DNA of 64,000 bases from Eledone cirrhosa (Eukaryota): positions 253,208,001 to 253,272,000 of the forward strand of contig OZ024741.1 in assembly GCA_964016885.1 (NCBI GenBank). The letters run 5' to 3'. Under the pieces are notes generated by a model that ran no database searches, was not told where the DNA came from, and worked only from the letters and a program-made list of their open reading frames with translations. The stretch's first letter is position 1, and the number at the start of each line of letters is the position of its first letter. Below are positions 11,932 through 23,374 of the stretch, piece by piece. Made by a program: the position numbers and the translations under genes.

Positions 11932-14900
11932 TCAGCATGTACCCATGGGAGGTCGGGTACCCTGTATTACTGCGTGACGCCAGAAGTCACGGTCGTGTGT
12001 CATTGACTTTGAGAGGTGTAGTTGGGTAAGGTCGGCTTTTATCACCTCATCCCAAGTCATCTTGGGTCTCCCCACTCCGCGGTTTCCATCAACTTCTAGT
12101 GCTCTGCACCTTTTTATGCAGCTGTCATCCTTCATACGCATCACATGTCCATACCAGCGTAACCGCCTCTCCTGCACGCAGCATTTGATTCCTCTTATGC
12201 TCAGTCTCTCTCTCAATTCCTTTATGCTTTGTCGTTCACGTATATTACTGTTACACATCCATCGGAGCATGCAGGCTTCGTTTCTCTCTAATCTACGTAA
12301 GTCTTCCACCTTCAGCGCCCAGGTCTCACTACCATGCAACATCGCTGTTCGGATACACGCATCATACAGTCTGCCTTTCATTCTGAGGGAGAAGCCTTTT
12401 GCAGCTAGCAGTGGTAGTAGTTCCCTAAACTTCTTCCATCCCGTTCTTACCCTAGTTATTGTACTTTCTGAGCACCCACCTCCGTTGCTAATTCGGTCAC
12501 CTAGGTAGCAGAAGCTGTCTACTGTTTCTACAGGGCCCTCCCAGAGATTGGTGGTACTTGTTTCCTGTGGCTGTTTGCTTGCTGTTTCAGCACAGCTGCT
12601 GCATGTGAATCCTACATTCTTAATTAAGCTTCCTGAGATCCCGCTACATCTCTTGTGTACCCATTGTTTGCATTTGGGGCAGAGAATGGAGTTTCTACCT
12701 ACACCTTTCCTACATACTGAGCAAGGCCATTTCCCTGAGGGGATCTGGGTTCTGTTTTCTCGTCTACTTACAAGGACCTTAGTCTTTGTCATGTTGACTT
12801 TGAGGCCCTTTCTCTCTAGTCCCTGCTTCCAGGTTTGGAATTTATTCTCTAGTTCTACCATAGATTCAGCTATGAGTGCGAGGTCATCAGCATACAGGAG
12901 TTCCCATGGGCATCCGGTCTTAAACTCCTCCGTTATTGCCTGCAGGACTATGATGAACAGGAGAGGGCTAAGAACAGAGCCCTGGTGGACCCCAACCTGT
13001 ACGCTAAATTCCTCGCTATACTCATTGCCAATCCTAACTTTGCTGACTGCTCCCCTATACATGGCTTGTACCGCTTTCACAAGCCATTCATCTACTCCTA
13101 GTTTTCTAAGAGCCCACCAGATTACTGCACGTGGAACTCTGTCAAAGGCTTTCTCAAGGTCGACAAATGCCAAGTAGAGTGGCTTACTTTTAGCTAGGTA
13201 CTTTTCCTGTAATTGCCTCACAAGGAAGAGGGCATCAGTGGTGCCTTTCCCTGGTACAAACCCAAATTGCATCTCGTCTATATTCACCCGGTCCCTAATC
13301 AGCTGTGCTATAACTCTTTCTGTTACTTTCATGACCTGGTCCATCAACTTTATACCTCTATAGTTTCCTCTATCTAGTGCATCGCCTTTACCTTTGTAGC
13401 AGTTGACAATGATGCTACTGCACCAATCTTTTGGTATGGCCCCCTCTAGTATTACCTGGTTAACGATACGTGTGGTTATAGTGTGACCTACAGACCCAGA
13501 TGCCTTCAGCATCTCGGCAGCTATACCCGATGGACCGGTTGCCTTCCCTATCTTCATATCTCTGATTGCCTTACTTACTACGCTGCCGCTGACTTGTACT
13601 GCTGGTCCCTCTATAGGGTCTACGTGGAGTAGGGTCTCTTCTTCCCATGCATTCTCCTCATTTAGTAATCTATCATAATGACTCTTCCATGCATCTTTCT
13701 TCTCAGCACTTGTGAGGGCAAGCTCACCTTTATCATTCCGGATACACTTCTCTCCAATGACATCACAACTATCTCTGACACACTGCCTCGCAATCTTGAA
13801 TACCTCCTGTTTCTGGTCCTCACGTTGTAAAACATGCTTGAATTTTCTATCCTCTGCTTCCCTCCTAGCTAAGTATACTTGTCGCCTAGCTTCCCTCTTG
13901 GTCTCTATGTAATGTACCCTGCTCCCCCCGTTCTTCCATTCTTTCCATGCCTGTCTCTTGGCCTTGACTGCTTCATCTACCTTATTGTTCCACCACCAAG
14001 TCACTCTCCTCCTGCTTGAGGTCTTACTCCAGCCACAAACCTCATCCGTCACCTCTAGTAAGTTATTTTTTAGGAACTCCCAGTTCTCTTCTACGTTAAA
14101 TGTCTCTATCTGTTCTTCTTTACTGTCGTAGGCGTTGAGTAAAATATCTTTAAATCTGTTACTGGTTGAGGGGACTTTCAGCTTCCAGATCTTTCTTCTC
14201 CAGGTTGGCCTCTGTTTCAGGGCTCGTCTAGTTCTGACCGTGAGGTCGCTGACAACTAAGCTATGTTGGGATGTACATTCCTCACTAGGGAAGGCTTTTG
14301 TGTTTACGACCGTCCATCTGTCACGTCCTCTGATGAGGATAAAATCTAACTGACTAGAGTGCTCCCCTGATCTATAGGTGATCAGGTGGTTGTCGGGTTT
14401 TTTAAAGTTTGTGTTACATATCGACATGTCATTGGCGTCGCAGAATTCTAGAAGTCTGAATCCTTCCTCATTCCTTGTGCCAACTCCATGGCCTCCATGT
14501 ACTCTATTGAAGCCGTCGCAGTGTTTACCTACGTGTCCGTTAAAATCTCCTGCAATGATTAGGAAGTCCTTGTCGTCTGTTAGAGCAGTAGTGTGTATTA
14601 GGGACTCGTAAAACCTATCCTTAAGTTCGTCTGGCAGCCCCGATTGGGGTGCGTAAGCTGATATTATTGTGGTAATTGTCTTATTCAGGACTAGTCTAAG
14701 TTTAATCATTCTTGCATTTACCCTGTACACTGAGATTACTTTATCTACCCACTTGTCAGCTAATAGTATACCTACACCACCCATCCCATCGTCATTTCCC
14801 ACCCAGAAAAATTTGTAGCACTGGCTTTTTCCTACAAGGACTCTAGCAGACCCTCCCCTCCATCTAGTCTCTTGCACACAGCATACATCAACTTCCTTTC

Positions 14901-15051
14901 GCTCTAGCATTTCTACGATTTCTCCTGCTCTTCCTTTCATTGAGCCTACATTGATGGTACCAACTCGGAGTTTTGGGCATTTGTCGACACTCGTAGGGGA
15001 GGGTCTCTGGGTTGGCGCTTCACGTGGGTGCTTGGTAGCTCGCAGATTCAT
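11932..15051 (-). CDS. Intact RTE ORF, 1039 aa: APE + RT + PHD finger
   Basis: GTINVGS, QETRW, GDFNGH, LDFIL, SQH, YADD; no stops or frameshifts. Confidence 0.96.
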   Translation of the reverse strand: MNLRATKHPREAPTQRPSPTSVDKCPKLRVGTINVGSMKGRAGEIVEMLERKEVDVCCVQETRWRGGSARVLVGKSQCYKFFWVGNDDGMGGVGILLADKWVDKVISVYRVNARMIKLRLVLNKTITTIISAYAPQSGLPDELKDRFYESLIHTTALTDDKDFLIIAGDFNGHVGKHCDGFNRVHGGHGVGTRNEEGFRLLEFCDANDMSICNTNFKKPDNHLITYRSGEHSSQLDFILIRGRDRWTVVNTKAFPSEECTSQHSLVVSDLTVRTRRALKQRPTWRRKIWKLKVPSTSNRFKDILLNAYDSKEEQIETFNVEENWEFLKNNLLEVTDEVCGWSKTSSRRRVTWWWNNKVDEAVKAKRQAWKEWKNGGSRVHYIETKREARRQVYLARREAEDRKFKHVLQREDQKQEVFKIARQCVRDSCDVIGEKCIRNDKGELALTSAEKKDAWKSHYDRLLNEENAWEEETLLHVDPIEGPAVQVSGSVVSKAIRDMKIGKATGPSGIAAEMLKASGSVGHTITTRIVNQVILEGAIPKDWCSSIIVNCYKGKGDALDRGNYRGIKLMDQVMKVTERVIAQLIRDRVNIDEMQFGFVPGKGTTDALFLVRQLQEKYLAKSKPLYLAFVDLEKAFDRVPRAVIWWALRKLGVDEWLVKAVQAMYRGAVSKVRIGNEYSEEFSVQVGVHQGSVLSPLLFIIVLQAITEEFKTGCPWELLYADDLALIAESMVELENKFQTWKQGLERKGLKVNMTKTKVLVSRRENRTQIPSGKWPCSVCRKGVGRNSILCPKCKQWVHKRCSGISGSLIKNVGFTCSSCAETASKQPQETSTTNLWEGPVETVDSFCYLGDRISNGGGCSESTITRVRTGWKKFRELLPLLAAKGFSLRMKGRLYDACIRTAMLHGSETWALKVEDLRRLERNEACMLRWMCNSNIRERQSIKELRERLSIRGIKCCVQERRLRWYGHVMRMKDDSCIKRCRALEVDGNRGVGRPKMTWDEVIKADLTQLHLSKSMTHDRDFWRHAVIQGTRPPMGTC

Positions 15052-15296
15052 ATTTCATCTATTGATTCAGAGTTGCTCGTGTATTCCCAGCTCATCCATC
15101 CATAACGGTGGGAAAATTGAGGGCTAGAAGAACAGTGGTGGTGGGGTAATGGCAGGGTGTGTTGGGATGCGCCAGAGGCGGAGAGAGTTAGTTAGGCAGG
15201 TAGTAGCAGCAGCAGTGGAAATGGCATGCTAGGTTTGATTGGTCGAATAGACTATGGTGGTGTGTGGTGGTGGTGGGGGGGGGGGGAAATTGTGAG

Positions 15297-17270
15297 GTAG
15301 GAACTGAGGGTCGCATGGTAAATATCCAAGTTAATACTACATCAGTAAAATTAACAATAATAACGTCATGAAAAAAACTACTAAGAGAAACCCTAGAAAA
15401 TTTATCGCTAATACAGCAGGGAAAATTTAACGCTAATACAGCAGGGAACATCATAATATTAACGACAATATGTAGGCTAAAATACCTTCGTAGATTAGAT
15501 GGATGGCTGGAATAATTGGAGTCAGCTCTAGTGATACATTTTAGCAGAGAAGAATGGGAAAGTATCTATCTCTTCAATATTTTCAGATTGAATGAATTAG
15601 GTTAAAGACAGGGTAGTAAGCCTTAAAGAAGTGCATAGAGAGGGGGGGGTAGGAACTGAGGGTCGCATGGTAAATAACAGAGAGATACAATAGGATTAGA
15701 ATACCGCATGGTAAATATCCAAGTTAATAAGTTAATACTACATCAGTAAAATTAACAATAATAACGTCATGAAAAAAACTACTAAGAGAAACCCTAGAAA
15801 ATTTATCGCTAATACAGCAGGGAAAATTTAACGCTAATACAGCAGGGAACATCATAATATTAACGACAATATGTAGGCTAAAATACCTTCGTAGATTAGA
15901 TGGATGGCTGGAATAATTGGAGTCAGCTCTAGTGATACATTTTAGCAGAGAAGAATGGGAAAGTATCTTATCTCTTCAATATTTTCAGATTGAATGAATT
16001 AGGTTAAAGACAGGGTAGTAAGCCTTAAAGAAGTGCATAGAGAGGGGGGGTAGGAACTGAGGGTCGCATGGTAAATAACTGAGAGAGATACAATAGGATT
16101 AGAATACCGCATGGTAAATATCCAAGTTAATAAGTTAATACTACATCAGTAAAATTAACAATAATAACGTCATGAAAAAAACTACTAAGAGAAACCCTAG
16201 AAAATTTATCGCTAATACAGCAGGGAAAATTTAACGCTAATACAGCAGGGAACATCATAATATTAACGACAATATGTAGGCTAAAATACCTTCGTAGATT
16301 AGATGGATGGCTGGAATAATTGGAGTCAGCTCTAGTGATACATTTTAGCAGAGAAGAATGGGAAAGTATCTTATCTCTTCAATATTTTCAGATTGAATGA
16401 ATTAGGTTAAAGACAGGGTAGTAAGCCTTAAAGAAGTGCATAGAGAGGGGGGGGGTAGGAACTGAGGGTCGCATGGTAAATAACTGAGAGAGATACAATA
16501 GGATTAGAATACCGCATGGTAAATATCCAAGTTAATAAGTTAATACTACATCAGTAAAATTAACAATAATAACGTCATGAAAAAAACTACTAAGAGAAAC
16601 CCTAGAAAATTTATCGCTAATACAGCAGGGAAAATTTAACGCTAATACAGCAGGGAACATCATAATATTAACGACAATATGTAGGCTAAAATACCTTCGT
16701 AGATTAGATGGATGGCTGGAATAATTGGAGTCAGCTCTAGTGATACATTTTAGCAGAGAAGAATGGGAAAGTATCTTATCTCTTCAATATTTTCAGATTG
16801 AATGAATTAGGTTAAAGACAGGGTAGTAAGCCTTAAAGAAGTGCATAGAGAGGGGGGGGGGTAGGAACCGAGGGTCGCATGGTAAATAACTGAGAGAGAT
16901 ACAATAGGATTAGAATACCGCATGGTAAATATCCAAGTTAATAAGTTAATACTACATCAGTAAAATTAACAATAATAACGTCATGAAAAAAACTACTAAG
17001 AGAAACCCTAGAAAATTTATCGCTAATACAGCAGGGAAAATTTAACGCTAATACAGCAGGGAACATCATAATATTAACGACAATATGTAGGCTAAAATAC
17101 CTTCGTAGATTAGATGGATGGCTGGAATAATTGGAGTCAGCTCTAGTGATACATTTTAGCAGAGAAGAATGGGAAAGTATCTTATCTCTTCAATATTTTC
17201 AGATTGAATGAATTAGGTTAAAGACAGGGTAGTAAGCCTTAAAGAAGTGCATAGAGAGGGGGGTAGGAAC
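15297..17270 (-). repeat. Five tandem monomers (352, 401, 405, 406, 402 bp) forming the LINE 5' end; putative promoter array
   Basis: GTAGGAAC at 15297, 15649, 16050, 16455, 16861 and 17263; units near identical. Confidence 0.92.
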
Positions 17271-17573
17271 ACATATATATATATATACATATAAACATAT
17301 TATGTTTACCTTTTACACACACATATATATATATAAATATATATATACATATAAACATATTATGTTTACCTTTTACACACACATATATATATATACATAT
17401 AAACATATTATGTTTACCTTTTACACACACATATATATATATACATATAAACATATTATGTTTACCTTTTACACACACATATATATATATATATATATAC
17501 ACATATAAACATGTTTACCTTTTACACACACACATATATATATATACATATAAACATATTATATTTACCTTTT

Positions 17574-17619
<46 letters not shown>

Positions 17620-17786
17620 ACATATGTTTACCTTTTACACACACATATATATATATGCATATAAACATATTGTTTACCTTTTACACACACATATATATAT
17701 ATATATATATACATATAAACATATTATGTTTACCTTTTACACACACACATATATATATACATATAAACATATTATGTTTACCTTTT

Positions 17787-17826
<40 letters not shown>

Positions 17827-18838
17827 ACATATGTTTACCTTTTACACACACACATATATATATATACATATAAACATATTATGTTTACCTTTTACACACA
17901 CATATATATATATATATACATATAAACATATTATGTTTACCTTTTACACACACATATATATATATACATATAAACATATGTTTACCTTTTACACACACAT
18001 ATATATATACATATAAACATATTATGTTTACCTTTTACACACACATATATATATATATACATATAAACATATTATATTTACCCTTTACACACACACATAT
18101 ATATATATATACATATAAACATATTACGTATGCATGTATGTATGTAAAGAGACAAGTCTGGCCAGAATTAGCCATGCCATACCTTGCTCCAAGAGGACTG
18201 TATATTTGGCTGGGGTTTTACAGCTATGGCTGCAAGCATGGCTGAGTGGTTCAGAAGTTTGCTTTGCAATTAAAAAGTCCCAGATTTGGTCCCTCTGAGT
18301 GGCATCTTAGGCAAGTATTTTTTACTACAGCCCCAGGTTGACCCAAGCATTGAGAGGGAAATTAGATTGGCAGAAACTGTCTGGAAGACCATTAAATGGA
18401 TTGTACCGGTAATTCAATGGTGTAACCTTGTTGCACAGGTATTAATTACAACTTTATATGTGTTCAACTTTACCTTTCATCCTTCCGGGGTAGATAAAAT
18501 AAAGTACCAGTTATGTACTGGTGTGATATAATCAACTTTCGTCTTCGCCAAAATTACTGCCCTTGTGCTAATGTTAGAAAGAATTATTTTATTTGTCTTT
18601 CTTAACAGAATTCTATATATTTTAATATTTCTAAAGCTCATAGTTCCACTTTTCTTTTCTTACTTGTTCCATTCTTCTCTTTGTTTCAATGTTGCTATGT
18701 GTTCTTTCATTATTTTACTGATTCTAGTCATTAGACTGCAGCCATGTGTGTTTGTATCAATAATTCTTACCACTCATCTACAAAAATCTCATTCTGCTCC
18801 ATATATTATAAATGTTCTGTTTCCATTACAGTTTCATT

Positions 18839-18851
18839 GTTGCCTAGCAAC
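18839..18851. promoter_or_regulatory. RFX X-box motif GTTGCCTAGCAAC
   Basis: Near-palindromic match to the RFX consensus in unique sequence. Confidence 0.5.
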
Positions 18852-19402
18852 TCCAGAGTAATATGGCCATTCTGCTCTCCTGAATATTTTTGAAATGGGT
18901 GAATTTATATTACTTCCCCAAAACTCAAATTTTTCTCTTTCTCTTAATTCTCATTTATTTTTACATATTTTGGTAAAAAAAAAAATTTCTAAAATGTTCA
19001 CTTTCTATATTTTTCCTCTATTTAGACTATTTTTATAAATAATTATGATAATTTTTGTTCCTTTTCTAATAAAACAACTCCCATTATTTTAAACCATTCA
19101 AGGGCACCAGATTGGCAGGATCAGTAGAGTGTTGGACAAAATGCTTTGAAGCATATAGTTACAACCACTTACATTCTGAGTTTAAATCCCACTGAGGTTA
19201 GCTTTGCCTTCCATCCTTACGGGGTCGATAAAATGAAGTACCAGTAGGTATTGCATAGTGTTGGTACCTGACGGCTGTGTTTCAATAGCAAATGCCATAA
19301 AAATGGCAAAAGCACAGTTGCTGGCCACTAACACTTTACAATATATATACACACATGCATACACCCACAGACAGACATACACACACACACACATATATAT
19401 AT

Positions 19403-19548
19403 ATAACAAAATTTAATATAGAAATGTCTTCTACAGGACTAGAACTGTTTCATTCAAAGAAAATAATCAGAGCTTTCCTGATAATTTCCTTCAAATAAAA
19501 CAGTTCTAGACCTTTAGAAGCCATTCCTATATTAAACTTTGTTGTATA
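19403..19548. repeat. Fold-back of ~70-bp arms carrying degenerate hammerhead motifs (Penelope pLTR-like)
   Basis: Arms are reverse complements; consensus with 7951-8010 gives CTGATGA..GAAAcag..ctgTA. Confidence 0.65.
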
Positions 19549-19859
19549 CATTCTTCTAATGTATTGAGTACCATTTACTATGGTTACTCCCTTTTGAACA
19601 TGGGACTCACACACACACGCACACACATATATGTATATATGTAATAGGTAAACAGATATAACAACACAATCAGTACAGGAAGGAATATATTAGTTTAACC
19701 CTTGAAATAACAGGAAGAGGGTCTTAGTGTTTCGGAGGCTAGTCCTTCATCAAAAGAAAGAATGAAAAATTAGAAAGATTAAAGGGATGAGCAAGGCGGA
19801 GTTGGAAAAAAAAATTTTAGAGAAAAATAACAGGTCCATTAATATTGCCAGCTCTTGAT

Positions 19860-22047
19860 ATCATCATCATCATCATCGTTTAACGTCCATATTCCACACT
19901 TGCATGGGTTTGGACGGGAGTTTTCCCACTTGAGGCAAGAGTGGTTGTCTTGCTCGCATAGGACTGTCTGGCGGGTTTTCTACAGCTGGATGCCCTTCCT
20001 AACACCAACCACATTTACAGTGTGGAACTGGGAGGTTTTTACCGTGTTGCCTACACGGCCACATTACAGCGTGGACTGTGTGTTTTTTTTTGTCGTGACA
20101 CCTACACAATCTCATTTGTTTCGGGCTGGATGTTGTGGTACCAACATAACTTTACATTGAAAGGGGTGGTGTGGATGGGGTGGGATGGGGTGTATTTTGT
20201 TAGAGGTGCCTACTGACTGTAGTAGGTTTCACTTTGTACTTAGGTAAGGCGGGTCTTCTCTATTACTGTGTAGCGCCAAAGGTCTCAGTCCAGTGACATT
20301 GTCTTGGAGAGGTGTAAGTGTGTGAGGTTGGAATTTATCAAGTCGTCCCAGGTTTTTCTGGGTCTGCCTACTCCGTGGCTACCGTCTATTTTTATTGCCC
20401 TGCACTTTTTTATACAGCTGTCGTCTTTCATGCGCATCACGTAACCATACCAACGTAGTCTTCTCTCGAGTAAACAACATCTGATCCCTCTTATTTCTAA
20501 TTTTTCCCTTAGTTCGTTTATGCTTTGCCGTTCACGTATATTACTATTACACATCCAGCGGAGCATGCAAGCTTCGTTCCTCTCCAGTCTGCGTATATCC
20601 TCGGCACACAATGCCCAGGTCTCGTTGTTCATATGCAGGCATCATACAGCCTGCCTTTCATTTTTAGGGAGAACCCTTTAGCGGCTAATAGTGGTATAAG
20701 CTCGCTGAACTTTTTCCATCCAGTTCTGACTCTAACTACTGTACTTTCAGAGCACCCTCCCCCATTGCTGATTTTGTCACCCAGGTAACGGAAGCTGTCC
20801 ACTATTTCTATAGAACGATTTGTGCAATGGAATGAGCTAGTATTCTGTGGGCACTTGCTGCTATTTATTGCACCAGATCACCAGCCACATCTAAAATCTA
20901 TGTTCTTAGTTAGCTTACCTGTGATCCCACTACATCTTTTATGCACCCATACTTTGCATTTGGGACATAAAATGGAGTTTCTACTTACTCCTTTCCCACA
21001 CACTGAGCATGGCCATTTCCCAGATGGGACAGGCACCCTATTTTCCTTCCTACAAACTAGAACTTTAGTCTTAGACAGGTTAATTTTAAGGCCTTTTGAT
21101 TCTAGGCCATGCTTCCATGTTTGGAATTTCTTCTCTAGTTTGGCCTTTGATTCAGTTATGAATGTTAGATCATCTGCGTATAGGAGTTCCCATGGGCAGC
21201 CGGTCTTGAACTCCACTGTTATAGCCTGAAGGGCAATAATAAATAGTAGGGGGCTAAGAATGGAGCCCTGATGAACACCAACTTTTACGCTAAACTCTTC
21301 ACTATATTCGTTGTTAATTCTAACCTTGCTGACTGTTTCTTTATACATGGCTTGTATAGCTCTCACAAGCCATTCATCAACACCTAGTTTTCTAAGAGCC
21401 CCCCAGATAATGGAATGGGGGACTCTGTCGAAGGCTTTCTCCAAGTCAACAAAAGCTAAGTATAGGGGTTTACTTTTAGCTAGGTACTTCTCCTGTAGTT
21501 GTCGTACAATGAAAAGAGCATCTGTGGTACTTTTACCTGACACAAACCCGAACTGCATTTCATCTAGATCAATTCTCTCTCTGATTAGTTGCGCTATTAC
21601 TTTTTCTGTGACCTTCATGACCTGGTCGATTAATTTAACGCCTCTATAGTTACTTCTATCTAGGGCATCTCCTTTACCCTTGTAGCAGTTAATGATGATG
21701 CTGCTACGCCAGTCCTTCGGAACAACCCCATTCTGTATGACTTGGTTTACTATCCGGGTGACCATGGTGTGTCCCACCGTTCCAGAAGCTTTCAGCATTT
21801 CAGCAACTATTTCCGAAGGCCCAGCCGCCTTACCCGTCTTCATATCTTTGATTGCCTTACTTATTATACTACCTTCGACTAACACTGCTGGTCCCTCTAT
21901 TGAGTCGATGTGGGGGAGACTGTCTTTCTCCCATTTATTCTCCTCATTTAGTAGCCTTTCGTAGTGACACTTCCAAGCTACCTTCTTATCAGCGTCAGTG
22001 ATGGCAAGTACACCATTATCATTAAGGACACACTTCTCCCCGACAAT
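19860..22047 (-). mobile_element. RTE LINE second subfamily, 5'-truncated and frameshifted
   Basis: ORF pieces 20878-22047 (YADD, PHD) and 20285-20632; distinct 3'UTR; (CAT)n tail. Confidence 0.92.
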
Positions 22048-22101
22048 ATATATATAAAGCGGACGTAAAATGATGATGATGATGATGATATATATATATA
22101 T

Positions 22102-22450
22102 GATAAATGTAATCTGAGTTTTTCGAATATTAATAACATTCGATTCGTTTGCAATTTTGCAAACAAGCCTCAATTTCATAGCCATGTCAGTAGAATGAGC
22201 CCCTCATTCCTGCTCTTGTGTTGGCATGCGAACAGAACTGCAGACACTAATGTTTCTGGGTATCACTCTTCATCAATACAGTTCACTGTTCACCTGCCAA
22301 ACTGTCAGAGTTAGTGAAGTGTAAGAATGAAGTGTTCTCCTGACATGGCTATAAAATTGAGGCTTGTTTGCAAAATTGCAAACGAATCGAATGTTATTAT
22401 TAATATTCAAAAAACTCAGATTACATTTATTGCCTTCAGCCATGTAGAGC
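22102..22450. mobile_element. Fold-back element, ~88-bp inverted arms around a hammerhead motif; partial second copy 23914-24140
   Basis: ATAAATGTAATCTGAG...GCCATGTCAG versus CTGACATGGC...CTCAGATTACATTTAT. Confidence 0.8.
22235..22284 (-). ncRNA. Type-I hammerhead motif with a core C-to-U change
   Basis: gaactgta TTGATGA agagtgataccca GAAA cattagtg TC tgcagttc. Confidence 0.6.
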
Positions 22451-22477
22451 AAAATTTTCTTTCTATATATATATAAG

Positions 22478-22945
22478 TTACGGAGTAGGCAGACCCAGAA
22501 CAACCTGGGACGATTTGATAAATTCTGACCTTACACACTTACACCTCTTTAAGACAATGTCACTGGACTGAGATTTTTGGCGCTACGCAGTAATACAGAA
22601 GATCCGCCTTGCCTAACTACAAAGCGAAACCTACAGTCAGTAGACACCTCTTAATCAAATATACACCCCCATCCCACTACCTCAACTCCCCCCCCCCATC
22701 AACACCACCCCTTTCTCTGTAAAGTTATGTTGGTACCACAACATCCAGTCCTAAATAAATGAAGTCGTGTAGGTGTCACGACAAAAAAACACACATCCAA
22801 GCTGCAATGTGGCCGTGTAGGTAACACGGTAAAAACCTCCCAGTCCACACTGTAAACGTGGTTGGTGTTTGGAAGGGCATCCAGCCGTAGAAAACCTGGA
22901 AGATAGACATTAAACGATGATAATGATAATGATGATGTTGATGAT
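22478..22945 (+). mobile_element. RTE subfamily 2, 3' fragment
   Basis: Matches the reverse complement of ~19860-20375 with an internal deletion. Confidence 0.85.
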
Positions 22946-22954
22946 ATATATATA

Positions 22955-23277
22955 AATAAAGTGTCTTGCTCAAGGAAACAACACATCACCTCAGACCGGG
23001 TGATGTGTTGTTTCCTTGAGCAAGACACTTTATTTCACATTGCTCCAGTTTACTCAGCTGTAGAAATGAGATGATAGGAACTAGGGTCCCTATCATTCCA
23101 CTGCAAAGTGCTCGTGGAGGTGCCATGGCAAAAAAAGCACCCAGCACTCATTATAAATGAGGTTGGTGTTAGGAAGGGCATCCAGCTGTAGAAATCAAGC
23201 CAGAGTCAGTTCCCGTCCCACCCTTGCAAGCAGAGAAAAAGCGGACGTAAAATGAAATGATGATGATGAATGATGAT
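22955..23277 (+). mobile_element. CORE-type SINE with 5' fold-back inversion
   Basis: Same family as 834-1176; head replaced by an inverted copy of the CORE segment. Confidence 0.85.
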
Positions 23278-23374
23278 ATATTGTGTGTATGTGCATGTGT
23301 AAAAAGTAAAAGTGGAAACAGCACAGAAGTATACTTAAAGTATCTTTTTTTCTTTTTTTTCTATTTTACTTTAA

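Larger units (their letters stand above)
11621..17270 (-). mobile_element. RTE-clade LINE, apparently full-length copy B with tandem 5' monomers
   Basis: (CAT)n tail from 11621, intact ORF, unique 5'UTR 15052-15296, five tandem units ending at 17270 where the host minisatellite resumes. Confidence 0.92.
8030..18125. repeat. ~46-bp minisatellite (CATATAAACATATTATGTTTACCTTTTACACACACA(TA)n) interrupted by two LINEs
   Basis: Units at 8030-8199, one unit at 11578-11620, and a long run at 17271-18125. Confidence 0.9.

Noticed and set aside
8612-14611. Antisense ORFs overlapping the LINE ORFs
   Set aside because: Shadow frames with no motif support
15297-17270. CRISPR-like or retron-like array next to an RT
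   Set aside because: Units are ~400 bp with no unique spacers; the RT is a eukaryotic non-LTR type with an APE domain
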